Shown here: positions 49,676-61,779 of the stretch, one piece after another | Position numbering within the stretch: position 1 is the stretch's first letter | Layout of the letters: each line of letters starts with the position of its first letter | Origin: Podarcis muralis | Lineage: Eukaryota | Assembly: GCF_964188315.1 (NCBI RefSeq) | Contig: NC_135655.1 | Location: 80,166,001-80,230,000 of the forward strand | Length of the DNA stretch: 64,000 nucleotides | Reading direction: 5' to 3' | Notes under the pieces: model-generated | What the model was told of the DNA's origin: nothing | Database searches by the model: none | Seen by the model: only the letters and a program-made list of their open reading frames with translations | Made by a program: the position numbers and the translations under genes

Positions 49676-51811
49676 CTTTTTCTGTGTGGGCTTATTTCAT
49701 GCTTATCTCAACTGATGCCCAATTGGCCCCTGTGTTAGACCTCTTGGAAATGACCCTTCCTCCGTAGATCCTCCCTCACACAGGGCATACTTGAACTCTA
49801 AATGAAAGCTCTGCTACCTACAGCAGACCCAAGCCAGGACCCTTGAATGTGAATTTCCTTATGCAAAAACTTTCTGTGCCCATGAGGTCCCTTCTGAACC
49901 GCCTTCATGCAGTTAGGATTATTTGCAAAGCCTCAGTTATCTTAAAGATGTGTACCTCTCTTCACCCCAAGAGGGTTCCCCCATGCTTCTAGGAGCACCG
50001 CTGTTCTCCCATTGTACCAATGTTTGTCTGAAGCTCCACATAGCTACAGTAGTTTAAAAATAAATATTTATTCCTAGGATGCAGTAGAAAACCAAGTATC
50101 ACAAATTGTCAATACACACCAATAACAACACTGGTTTGGGGGGAAGGGGCACAAGGCCTGCTGCCCTTATCCCTACCCCCATTCAGGAAAAGGGCACAGG
50201 AGGTAACACAACACTTAGAGAGGATGAGCAAGACTGCCCTCCTGAGTCACTGCACACATGCTAGAGTCTTGAGTTGTTAGAATGTACCACGCTGGGGAAT
50301 TCAAAGGACACACCAGCTGCAGGCAAAGTCTGATTATTAGGTGGCATTCACTGGCCCATAGTCTTTTGACTTGTGAGAGTCAATTACCCAAGGTACAAAG
50401 TTGGAATGGATCAATTGGCACCCTCCAGGAGGATTGCAAGCTTAGTTAGGGTGGGTGGGTCTGTCATCTCATGAAAACTGTTTCCAGACACTGGAGACCC
50501 TGCTAATGGTTGCTCTACCTGAATGAGCTTGAAATGAGAAGTTGAGCTTCTTTCAGCTTATTGGGGGAATTGGACCCACACCTCATCTTGTTCCAGCCAC
50601 AGAAATGGAGGGTTCATGCAGCCTCTCTCCAATCTGAAGAGCACACGGTTCCATACATTGCAGCCCACAAAGGTTCTCAGTAAGAGTCCAAACTGCAGAA
50701 ATTAGAGAGCGAAACGTGAGGATCTTAGCAACAGCGACAGCAAATACCTCTGCCTTCTTACCCAATTTACATTGGAACAGACTGAACACCTATTCTAAGG
50801 ATGGGGAACCTGCAGCCCTCCAGATGTTGGAATCCAACTCCCACCATAGCCAATAGTCAGTGATGATGGAAGTTGTCTAGCAACATCTGGGGAGCCCATG
50901 TTCTATTCCATTGATTCCCCTGTTTGAAGAAATAAGCCAACCAACATAAATATATGATAAGCCACCTCTGCAATTTAGCATTACATCATTGAGCCTGAAT
51001 CAATCAGAAAAAGAACGTCAAACCTGCATGTTCTCCCACAACAGCCAAGGAGGACTTCAGCAGGATTTTATGTTCTCTATTTAATTCTACTTTTAAAGAA
51101 TCCTAGCTTAGCATTATGTCTGAACCAGGAATCCTGGTTTAAAACTCTGGTAAGTGCCATAATAAATCAACTTCACACTATGGGTTATGAAGTTGGCTTC
51201 TTAAACTGATCAGAGTTACAGTATACCAATTTCCAGAGAGTATAACAAAGGTTTGCATTCAACACAGCGCTAAGAAGAAAGATTTCTCCTTGTGCAATTG
51301 AACATTTTCCCCACCTGCATGCCCCTTAAATCTGCTCTGGGAATGGCATGGGGCACAGAGGTCCCACTGTACTAATACTAATCCTTGCACTAGTGTGGAT
51401 ATTTGGTTGAATATTGTCCAGTCTTTGGGGGACATTAAAGGCTAAGCTAACACATTTATTACAGTTTATTACAGTTTAAGCTAGTCCATGAAAACTTATG
51501 CCATAACTAATTTGATACTTTTTAACGTGACACAGGACTTTTGTTGTTTTAAACCAGGATCCTTGGTTCCAACATGATGCTAAACGGGGATTATTTAAAA
51601 GTGAAAGTAAATCCTTCCACGTCCTCCCAGCCATAAAGGAAGAGGATATGGGGACTCACACACGAGCCTGAAACTTCACTTAGACCTTTCCATATAGCAC
51701 TAAACCCAACATTACATGTAAGTACAGTCAGTGTCTTAAAAAACAAAATCTAATCAATGCACATAAAAAAATATTTCCCTAAAATACCATAATGGTAGGC
51801 AAGTAAAGTAC

Positions 51812-54161
51812 CTGGAGAAGGCAGCCAGAGTGAGAACACCCAGTAACAGCTCCACAGCATAGAAGAGGAGGAGGATAGCATTAAGGATGGCCTCTAGCCG
51901 CAGAGCATAAGTCTGCAGCAGCAGATAATAGGCTGCCATCACTGCTGCTGGAAAGGTTAAAGCCAGACTGATAGCAAGTGGTACTTTCCGTTGACAGAGG
52001 TTCCCTTTTGAGCCTGCCATACACAGAAAATATGAAAAAGAAAATGCATAACCTGTTCAGCATAAAAGCCACAATATTTGGAATCTGAGGGCACAAAATG
52101 AATAGCTCTACTTTTCAGGGATCAGTTCTCATTTAACTCATTTAACTAAATAAGTTAAAAAATTAAAAAATTGTCCAGTAGCACCTTAGAGACCAACTAA
52201 GTTTGTTCTGTGTATAAGCTTTCGTGTGCATGCACACTTCTTCAGATACACTGAAACAGAAATCACCAGATCCTTATATATAATGGGAAGTGGGGTGGGG
52301 TATTTCTTGGAAGGGTAGTAGGAGATGGGTGATTGGCTCAATGGGTATGGTAAACCTGTTGATGACTGAACATTTTTTTAATTTTTTAAATATATATATA
52401 TATATTGACTACGTCAGACCAACACGGCTATCTACCTGAATCAAGAATCATTTAACTGAGATTAAGGAATGGGATTTTGCATTTAACATTTGTACTGTAG
52501 TTCATAAGCTAGTCTCAGGTCAGGAAGGACAGTCAGACTGGATGAATGGGATCTCATATTTCCACCCGCATAATGTTGTCTTGCCTCCTACCTACTCCTG
52601 AATGAGGGAATGTACCACAGAGCCCCTTTTTCAGCCTTTGGGCATCATTTCATTGGAGGCACCTATTCCAGTTCAGCAGAATAATTAGGAAGACCTAGAA
52701 TGATGGAGTGAAGGCACTGTCAGCACTTTACACTCTGCTCAACTACTCTACTCTCAAACACCTTTGCTGTTGGAGAAGCAGAATTTATCGATGAGTGAAC
52801 CACATTAACAACAACAACAACAAAATTTTATTCATATCCTGCCCATCTGGCTGGGTTTCCCCAGGAGTCATCTTTTCAGGTCAAGTGCCATCAAAGATGC
52901 TCACAAAATGGCAGGTGAGTGCACTACTTGTGGGAACATTTTTATTGAATACTCACCAAAAAATATCCGGGTCACTTCAATCCCAAGATAGAGAAAAAGC
53001 ATAATCAGGTCCAAAGCCAAATTGGCAGAGGGGTAGGGCAACAGGAGTCCTAAGCGGGTACACAAATGGACATGTGCATTAAGAGAACAGCAAAGCCAGA
53101 TGCCTCTTCCCATTTAATGAATTCCTTAATAAAAGAAGAGGGGCTGATGTTGGTTAACATCTAATGTAGCAGCTAGAATGACAACAAACAGTGGGACATG
53201 GATGGTTCTGAAAAAGGCTGTGAACTCTCAAGCAGCTAGGTGAGGAATAAATAATTACACTATCCACTTTGTTCTTTCACTTTCTTCAGGCGAGAGCCAC
53301 AAGGTAAATGCGTAAAAAAAGCCTGCAGGCAACCCAAACATATCATCCCTTCAAAGACTCACCTTTATAGACAAATATGAAAATCTCCAACAGAAAATAT
53401 GTTGCATAATACCAGCCGTTCAGGAACAGGAGAATCTCCAGAGGGGTGGAGGAGAGCTGGCGATCTAGGTGAAACCAGAATATGATTATCTATGGGGTAC
53501 ACATTTTGTGTTCCACTCTCACCTCTTAAAGAGGAGCAGTACAAACTTTCTTGAGAGACTATATTAGAGTTTATGTACACTTCCTTTGTTGTGAGCTCAA
53601 AACTGGGGTGCTGTGTCCTCACCAGCTTAGCGTGGAACCTCAGCAAATGGTCTAACATACCTCAGGCAAAGGGAAACCAACCAGCAGCAGAGAATAAAAA
53701 CCCCACCGATCTGAGAACCCCTTGGAAGGGTCCAAAACCCCGTATTTGGGCAGCTTTACTAGGAGAGGGTTGCGAAGGGGCAGCCTCCCGCAGGACGTGG
53801 CCTCGAGTCTACCACCCTCCTCTGGCAGAATGGTTTTTCTGGGGAAGCTCAGCGCTAGGCTGAGCGAAGAGGCCCCTCATCAGGCTCTGGGGACCCGGGG
53901 GCCACTCTGCCTCCCTCCCCTTCGCTCCGGGAGCGCTTGGCGGGATGCCGTCAGATCCCCGCCGTCGCTGCCGGGCTGCAGCCGGAGCCCGGTTCCCGTC
54001 CCTGCTGCAGGGCTCGGGGTGTCCTGAGCGGCGGGCCGGGCGAGCGGGGTGGGAATCAAGAAGAGCCGAGCCTTCCACGGGGATCAGTCGCGGTGACGTG
54101 ACCTCGCAGCCCCCAGGGCCCTAGAACACTGCCGGGACCCCGACTTACTGCGAGGCGCCAT
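51812..54161 (-). CDS. TMEM216: Transmembrane protein 216 (ciliary transition zone, MKS2/JBTS2); short terminal coding exon not resolved
   Basis: Exons 54161-54149 (MAPR), 53464-53363 (NRQLSSTPLEILLFLNGWYYATYFLLEIFIFVYK), 53049-52957 (GLLLPYPSANLALD...IFF), 52013-51812 (GSKGNLCQRKVPL...YLLLQTYALRLE...LAAFS). Exon sizes 102/93/202 equal the recalled human sizes. Candidate poly(A) signal at 50067-50072. Confidence 0.95.
52165..52440. mobile_element. Penelope-like retroelement fragment with inverted end
   Basis: Same family as 5214-5370. The cagaccaacacggcta end at about 52415-52430 is inverted relative to the body. Confidence 0.8.
52211..52250 (-). ncRNA. Minimal type I hammerhead ribozyme motif (Penelope-associated)
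   Basis: Minus strand UGUAU-CUGAAGA-A-GUGUG-CAUG-CACAC-GAAA-GCUU-AUACA: stem I UGUAU/AUACA, intact CUGANGA and GAAA cores, stem II GUGUG/CACAC, palindromic AGCU in place of stem III. Confidence 0.8.
52804..52862 (-). mobile_element. L2 3' tail stub ending in (TTG)n
   Basis: (aac)n followed by ttttattcatatcctgcccatctggctgggtttccccag. Confidence 0.7.
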
Positions 54162-54560
54162 CTTCCATCGCCATGGAAACCGCTACGCAGGAAACCCACT
54201 TCCGGCGGAGCTGACTGCACGGAAGCGGGAGAGGGCGGAGTGGCGCGCAGCGTTCGCGGAGGCAGAAAGGTCTGGGTTGGCGAGGCGCGCGCTCGCTCCC
54301 TCGCTCCCAGCACGTTAGACCGAAAGGACGCAGAGCAGAGCCGCTCTATCCCTGGCCTCTTTGTGCCGGAAGACCCGTTAGAAAGGCAAAAAGCTCCATG
54401 CGATACCGGATATCGAGCCGCGTCTCTTTGGGGCGGAGGCCCAGATTCCGAGCGGGGACGGCGTCGCCTCGTCTCCATGGTAACCAATGAATGCTACCCG
54501 CGCTTCCTCCGCGCGAGTTGTGGAGGCAGGAAATAAACGCAGGGGCTCCGTTCTCTCGCC
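53800..54560 (-). promoter_or_regulatory. TMEM216: TMEM216 CpG-island promoter with two RFX X-boxes
   Basis: ATCGCCATGGAAAC at 54167-54180; GTCTCCATGGTAAC at 54471-54484 with adjacent CCAAT; ETS CTTCCGG near 54199; YY1-like AAGATGGCG over the start codon. Confidence 0.85.
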
Positions 54561-55770
54561 TTCTGACAAGGAGCGACACCTATTTCTTTGCTTGTTATGT
54601 AACGTTTTTCTTCCACCCTTTCCTCATACGCACATTTTTATTTTAGATTTTACAAGTTTTTTCCCCGGGAAGTGGGGACAACATACACACACGCACATCA
54701 TACAAAGCACCTCGGATTGCTTAGTTCACATGGCTCAAACGGCACCTAGCTCGTATATATCCGAAAATCCACTCCCAAATCCACCACTTAACAAGTTACC
54801 CAGTATCCCCTCCTGCCCTCAAAAGCTTTTTTATTATTCCATCAAAGGCCCACAGCGTTCCACAATTAATTCTATTGTTAGGAGTCCTGCCCCACATTTT
54901 AGAGTACAAGATTTCTTGGGTATTGCACTTTAGGAACAAGCTTCTATTCCCCCTCCCAGTTTATTTTTTCTGTGAATTTCATTATCTTACCCTAAACCAC
55001 ACACATGCCAGGCATAACGAAAACATTCGTTTCCTGTATTGGAATGTTGCTAAATTATATGGTTTATTTTTAGTATCAACAGCACAACACAGAGAACTGG
55101 TGGTAACAAATCAAGCCTTGGAATGGAAAGAACACCCTTTTATTACCACACATTAGAGGAAAAACAAGAAAGCAAGATCACCACACTATGGTTTCTGAAA
55201 AAGAGCCGATTTATTTTCTCGCCATTTATAAAAATGCAAGTACAAAAGGGGAATCTAACAAGTCAATGAGAGTACATTTGCTCAGGCTGAATACTGCAAA
55301 GCCAAACCATAGTCTTTATGCCTTGTCACACTGTCAGAGGTACTAGTGAAGGCAGGAATCCTTTTCTGTCACAGGGGAGCTTAGGGCAAGAAAATATTCT
55401 CAAGGAGGAAAATGCAGCATTGCTACTCAGTGGGAGTTGTCAGCCAAATCTGTTTGGCACTTCAAATCGTTCCTCAGTAAGGCTGCAGCCAAATCCAGAG
55501 TGCAGTTTGCTGAACTGAAAGGAGGATTGTGGAGTGCTTGGAGACTGAGAAGCATATAGTAGCAAGCAGGGTATCCACAAAAGAGCAGTTCCATTGATGA
55601 GTAGCCTAATGTGCACGAATGTAGGAAAGGGATTAAGTCATTTGACCACATGAGATTTAGAACTTGACTGTAGGAGACAAATTGTAGTGGGAGGAGGGGA
55701 ACTTGCTGCAAGATATTGGTAAAATCTCTGTGGACATTCTAGCAAGCTCCAAATGATCCAGAAGCAGCTG

Positions 55771-58700
55771 TCAACTGTGTGCTTGTGCAAACTCTTTCCG
55801 TAGCCAAAGAGAGTCCTGGTAGAAACGGGGATCTCCCAAGTGCACAGCCGTCCTCTTATAGAAGTAGTAGTACAGCACAGCCACTGCAACCAATCAGAAA
55901 TAAGTCACAAGCCAGCAAGGTCAACACTGTATCAACTTTACTAGTTTTCTTACATTCAACTTCACCATTATCCCCCCAGCTACACTCCCCCTGCTCCCTG
56001 TCCCATCTACTTTCTGTGGGGAAGCACAGATGGAACCAGCCTCATTGATAAATTTTTAAGCTTTGCTCAGAAGTCATAACACAGGGGAGAAATGAAACAG
56101 CCTCGTACCCATTCTCTGGAAAACAAAAAGAGTCTGCAGCCCATCTGTCCACACAAAATAGTTGGAATTTTTCCAGCGGAGGTTCTGTGGGAAAGAAATG
56201 TATGAAATATTAAAGGCAGGAAATAGACTGTTCCTCCCAGAACAACACAAAACAATACCAACCATCCTTTCAGACTTTCTTCAGTGCCCCATCTTTCTAC
56301 CAAATTCCTTCAGAAACATGGCTCCCATTTTCCTACTCCCAATAATTATTTATATATTGGGGAAGCAGCAACATTCCTAACTCCTTCTCTTGAAAGTTCA
56401 GAGATTATTACAATCTCAAATAAACATTCTAGAAACCATGCAACAATCCAGGACAACAAAGAACGCCTGTGGTATCCCATTGATTGGTGTGTCCCCTTCC
56501 TACATCCCACTCAAGGAAGCTTCCACATTTTTTCCAAGTATATTAAACCAGGACTTATGCAACTGTATCTATAAAAATATTTTCACAGATAAAATAAAAA
56601 CCAAAAGTTGACCCACATTAAAATTAGACACAATATTTGTTGAGCTTGTTGGAAAAAAAGAGTAATGATGTTAGTTCCACTACTAGAGAGTTTCCAAAAC
56701 TCATGTTCCCAGTCGTAATAGGCTATTCCAAGTCTTTCTTAACAGTTAAGCAACCAGACACCACATGGAATGGATGCCAGCACTCGGAGCAGCTCAGGGA
56801 GCAAAGAAAGGTTAATCGGATCAGCAGATTTATACAGAACAACCAGACCTATTCTAGCTCTCAACAACTGATCACAGAAAATCCTCTTAAATCCTCCTGC
56901 CTCACCAAGCAAGGTTTAGGAAAGCAGTAGTACCCAACTTTCAAGCTAGATTGCTTCATCTAACTTCAAAGATGAGATATTAATTCCCTAAATATCAGAT
57001 GACAAGATACTGGGACTTAACTACAATATGTACCATTTTGTCCAGTGTATTCTAGGCAGGTTTACCATTTACAAATAATGGCATGCAATCTTAAAAGAGT
57101 AAAAAAAGAGATGGGGAATGAAAAGGAAAATAGGCACACTGGAAATGAGGTGAGATTGAAATAAATCTATTGTTAGCCTCCGTAAAGCCCTCACTCATCT
57201 AAAGAGAGCCAAAAAAATCTATAGGGTGGTACTAGACTATTGAGGCTGTAGATATGAGAAGGTTTTTACCTTCAATGCAGTGGATTCATATCAATGCAAG
57301 CACTGCTTTGGAATTTAAACATTCTGTTCCAAGAAACCAAGGGTACTGTACCACAAACTTTTATGACTCTTTGGCAATATAGCCCATCATCAATGGTAAG
57401 TCAATGCATGTCAGTGACACCTGTTCATTGTAGCTGTTTGCTCCACTGAACAAAACTTGGACTGAATTGAAATATGTATCCTCCAGTTAGGCAGCTGGAT
57501 AGCAAGACACACGAAGAACCAGGAATAAGGACCTAGTTTTTAAATCACAACATCTGTTGATATTTGAAAAGTAAATCACACAGATCACTGCCTATTGTGA
57601 CAACAGCAAAAATGCTGAGTGCTTACAATGGATCAGGGTGTCAAACAGAAAATACAGTTTGATCAACTAAAAGCTCAGAGACCAAATATACTTCCTGGCC
57701 ACTGTTCCAAGACAACTTCTGCACAGCTTCCTGACACTTCCAAATACCCTGGAAACCTACAAATCTTTTGTCCCAAATGCTTTTGTCCTCTTTCCCTTTA
57801 ATTACCCAAATTACAATGACCTCTGTTAAACTTCACAAATCTGTCCAGGAAAAAAGTTGAATGATATAACAGTTATTAAAGCTCAAGATATGTGATATAG
57901 GACAAATGCCCAGGCACACTGCCTAGAAGGACAAGACAAACCTAGGAGGTAACTACAGAACTGAGCAAATAGAGCCAGAACAAAGAATATATTGCTCATT
58001 CTATGAGATTTCAATGATCCAATGGGCTCACACCAATCAACTAATAGCATAGCAAGATTCAATGGAATAATGGGCTGTGAACAATGCTGCAGCCAAGAAA
58101 CTTACTTATACAGCCAATGATCAATAAATTAAGAGAGGCCACCTTTATACAATATTACAAAATAGTAGTAAGCATATAACATTTCAACCAGACTTCACTA
58201 GGACTACACTAATGCCAGTACTGAGCAAATTAGTGAGTCACATTCCAATACTTCATTTGTGTCCATAGCTGCAGCTGCAAATCAGCATGGGTAGTCATGT
58301 AGTCATGACAAAACTGCAGATAAAGTTTGGAAGCCTGTTATAAGAATCTAAATATAAATTTTCTTGTTGGTTCTTTTGAAAATGACATCAGCCTTCCTTA
58401 TTGTTGGGATTGTTTTTGCTTCTTAAAATAAGAAAGAGTTAAAAGATTAAGAAGGGATTCTGCTACAAGCATATTGGGCAGTGTAAAGGAATACAAAGTC
58501 TATACATTACATTGAAAAGATGTGAAGGCAGCATGAAGCAACAAGAGAAACCAGGAAATTGGGCAGTGGGGGGAATCTGAAGGAGGAGCTGTTGCCTACA
58601 CAACTTCCAAATCATAAAAAGTGCCAGTAAACCAAGTCAAACAAATGTTAATAACCACTCAACTTACACATAATCACATGTACACAACAAGCTAGCCCTC

Positions 58701-61413
58701 AGTAAAGACCATAACCTACTGTGATGGAGGATGCAATACATTAACTTAGGGTGCTTTGTGTGATTTGCTATCTCATGAATACAAGTATTAACAAAACGTA
58801 CAATAGACCACTTAAATGACAGCTTAGGCAATTATTGAAAGGCCAATCATTTTTCATGGATCTCAGACACAGATATCTAAAAAGAATAAATTAATGTGAG
58901 CAGAAGTCAGTGTAACAAGATGTCCGAAGAAAACAAGAATAATGGAGCACACTGTAAAATATGCTCATCAAGAGCAAAAGAAAAGTATGCTTGTTCAAAA
59001 AGATCTTAGAAAAAGAAGTGATTGGTATGTATGCAAGAAGTCCAGGGTGTGATGGTGAAGAACGAAGGACAGCTGAGAAAAACTGCCCAACGGGAGGGAA
59101 AAACACTGGTCAAGAAGACTGTAAGGCCTCCTGTATCCAGCTAACCCTATCAATAGGAAATTCTAGCTTTATACTGACAAGATTCTGAAAGGTTGGAAGG
59201 TGAATTAACATGCCAAGCCACAATAATATATTGCATTATAACAGTTGCAACAGCTAGGACCCCTTCCAGTTTATCCTGTTTCATCAGATGAGCTTTTAAA
59301 TGTCTTAAATACTATTTGGTTTATCTAATCCAACTCCTTCCCAGGTCTTTATTCCTGGAAACTCCTCAACCAATTCAATGAGACAGCTACTGTTCTACAA
59401 ATTCTGCACACATTATTTATCACACAGAAGTTGGTACAAAAACCTGAGCTGCTTTAAAAATATAATGAGTGTTGAAACAAATTTGGAAATCCACAGGTGG
59501 TGTTTGCAAGGGATTCCTAGGGTTCAATAGAGAGCACTTCTACTCTTCCACAGCTACCTGTCCTAACCTAACCTGTTAGTTTCTTCTATTCATCCCTGCT
59601 CTTGCACAACATTTCTTCCATTTAGCACTACACAGTGCTAAACCTGGGGGGAGCACAAAATAAAGTTTGTTTCAACGTGTGTTTTCTTTGCTTGCACAAT
59701 TACTCCTGTATTCAGAATCTGGGCTTCCTTGATAACCAGTATAAACAATCCTCTCCTGCCTTACCATGACCCAGATGTGGAAGGATATGCTCAAAGCAAG
59801 GTACGTTGCTGACAAGACAATGGTCCCTTTAAATTTCTGGAACAGAAGATTAACCAGGCCAGCCTGGAAGACGAAGGTATTGAAGAACATGAGGAAGATG
59901 ATGATGACATTGAAGAGGATGGCAATATCCTGAATGCTGTAAGACAGGCAAACATTTTAATGAGACAGAGATTGATAGATACCTTATACACAGAGGTGTA
60001 CCTAGGTTCCCTTGCATCCTTGGCATCACACACACACCCTGGTCCCTTGCACAACTGCATTTCTCCACCGAAGCACCCACAGGAGCCTGCATGCTTTGCC
60101 CAGCCACCCATAGTATTGGAGGAGCAGCCCAAGGAGCACACGAACAGGCAAGCAAGTCCCTAGCCACTCCAAGCCAGAGTGGAGAGGCACAATTTTTGTG
60201 CACACTCTCCAGGCCTGCACCCTTGGCAGGGGCTCACCTAACCAACTCCTAGGTATGCCCCTGCTTGTGGCTCTCCAAATACTACTGGACACCAGCTCCC
60301 CACCACCACCCATGGTCAGAGATAATGGGAGTTGTGGTCCAGCAACGTTTGGAGGGCCACAGGCTCCCCACAATTGTGGCTAAAGCCTAGTAGTTGGAGA
60401 ACAAAAAGCAGATTAACATAGCTGCAGAAGTTTTCACTGTCCATGCTGCCAAGTGAGACATTAGTCCACTAATTACAGAGGAAAGGGAACCCCGAAACCC
60501 TTTCTAGAAGATTACAATGGAAATAATACCTGCTGCAGCTATCTCTATTTCCCCCTGCTTATCACTCATTTTCATAATCTGAGTGTAGAACTTTATGTAA
60601 TGGCAATTGAGCTAACAGCTGCTAATACCCACAGAGAAAAGATAGAATGAATGGATTATAATAGCAACACCCCTTTAAAAATATCATTCAACACAATACA
60701 GCCTACTAACTGCCGATGTTTCAGGAGTAGGGAAAGAATAATAATTTTCTTGGTATCTTTTATTCTACTTCATTCCTCCATTCATCTCTTCTCTGGCACT
60801 CTCTTCTTCCCATTTTCCTAAATGAGAGTGTCCCAAGAAACAAACAGAAAGTGCATTCCTGTGCATGTTTACTCAAAAAAGTTCCACTGTGTTCAATGTG
60901 GCAAATTCTCTGTAATCCTAAGCACATTTACTATGGATCAAGTCCTCTTGTATACATAAAAGCTTAAGCTGCAATCCTATGCACACTTACACAACAGTAA
61001 GCATGACTGAAAACAATGGGACTTCCTTCAGAGTCAACATAATATATAAGATTGCACTGTTGCTCCTGAGTAGACATACTAACCATCTCTTCTCCATTCC
61101 AAATCACTTATTCAAGCACTAGTCTACAGTTCTATCCAAGGACCTGAAGAGTAACCACGTTTTTGATCCCTACAGCTTATTTAAGAGCTCATGGCACTGT
61201 TGAGCATCTTTTCAGAGACAAATGTATACAAGCCCTTTAAAAAAACCCAGACAGTGACAAGCACCCACTGTTGTGCCATACTCACATGAAAAGCACAAGC
61301 TGGATGACGGGCGCCATGCGCAGCAGCTCCGAGAAGGAGTTGACAAAGAGGTCATAGAACAGCAGTAGGAACTGCAAGGAAAGCACCAGGCTATAGTTGC
61401 TGGTTTGGAGCAT
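55771..61413 (-). CDS. TMEM138: Transmembrane protein 138 (JBTS16), complete, 162 aa, 4 coding exons
   Basis: Exons 61413-61286 ([42 protein letters not shown]), 59936-59765, 56184-56109 ([25 protein letters not shown]), 55883-55771 (...[29 protein letters not shown]). Sizes 128/172/76/113 = 489 nt. Candidate poly(A) signals at 55210-55215 and 55139-55144. Confidence 0.98.
60969..61056. mobile_element. Short palindromic non-autonomous element (dispersed family)
   Basis: gcaatcctatg...ataagattgc inverted ends. Related degenerate copies near 800-835, 3355-3410, 14800-14920 and 47095-47150. Confidence 0.45.
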
Positions 61414-61779
61414 CTTCCTTGCCTCAGTGTCTGCATCCCAGATGAGAGGGACACCTCATGCTCACACAACAGAGGGATACAAACTTTTTCCTCCAGCGCA
61501 ATCACTCATAGCTCCCTTTGGGCAGAGACCTGAAACCTGCAGAAACACCAGGTGGGGGGAAAGAGGGAGAATAAGGTGAGCAACACTTGCAATAATAGGG
61601 GGGAGGGGGGCATCACAAATCTGGAGCACACCACACACAATCTATCACTAGAGAGCAAAGATAAACCAGTCAGAAATACAAACAATGAATAAGAATCCCT
61701 TTGTTGAAGTAAGACTGGTTGCACCGTTAACTGCTACTGCCTAACACTGTTCTTAACATTTTTCGGTGATCTAAGAACT

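Noticed and set aside
50280-51450. Several candidate TMEM216 terminal exons (for example AG|ACTGGACAATATT near 51425 and AG|GATTCTTTAA near 51103)
   Set aside because: None combines a convincing acceptor with a human-like SMDRI*/RI* ending; left unresolved.
53722-54933. Multiple 90-150 aa ORFs on both strands
   Set aside because: CpG-island artefacts around the TMEM216 promoter.
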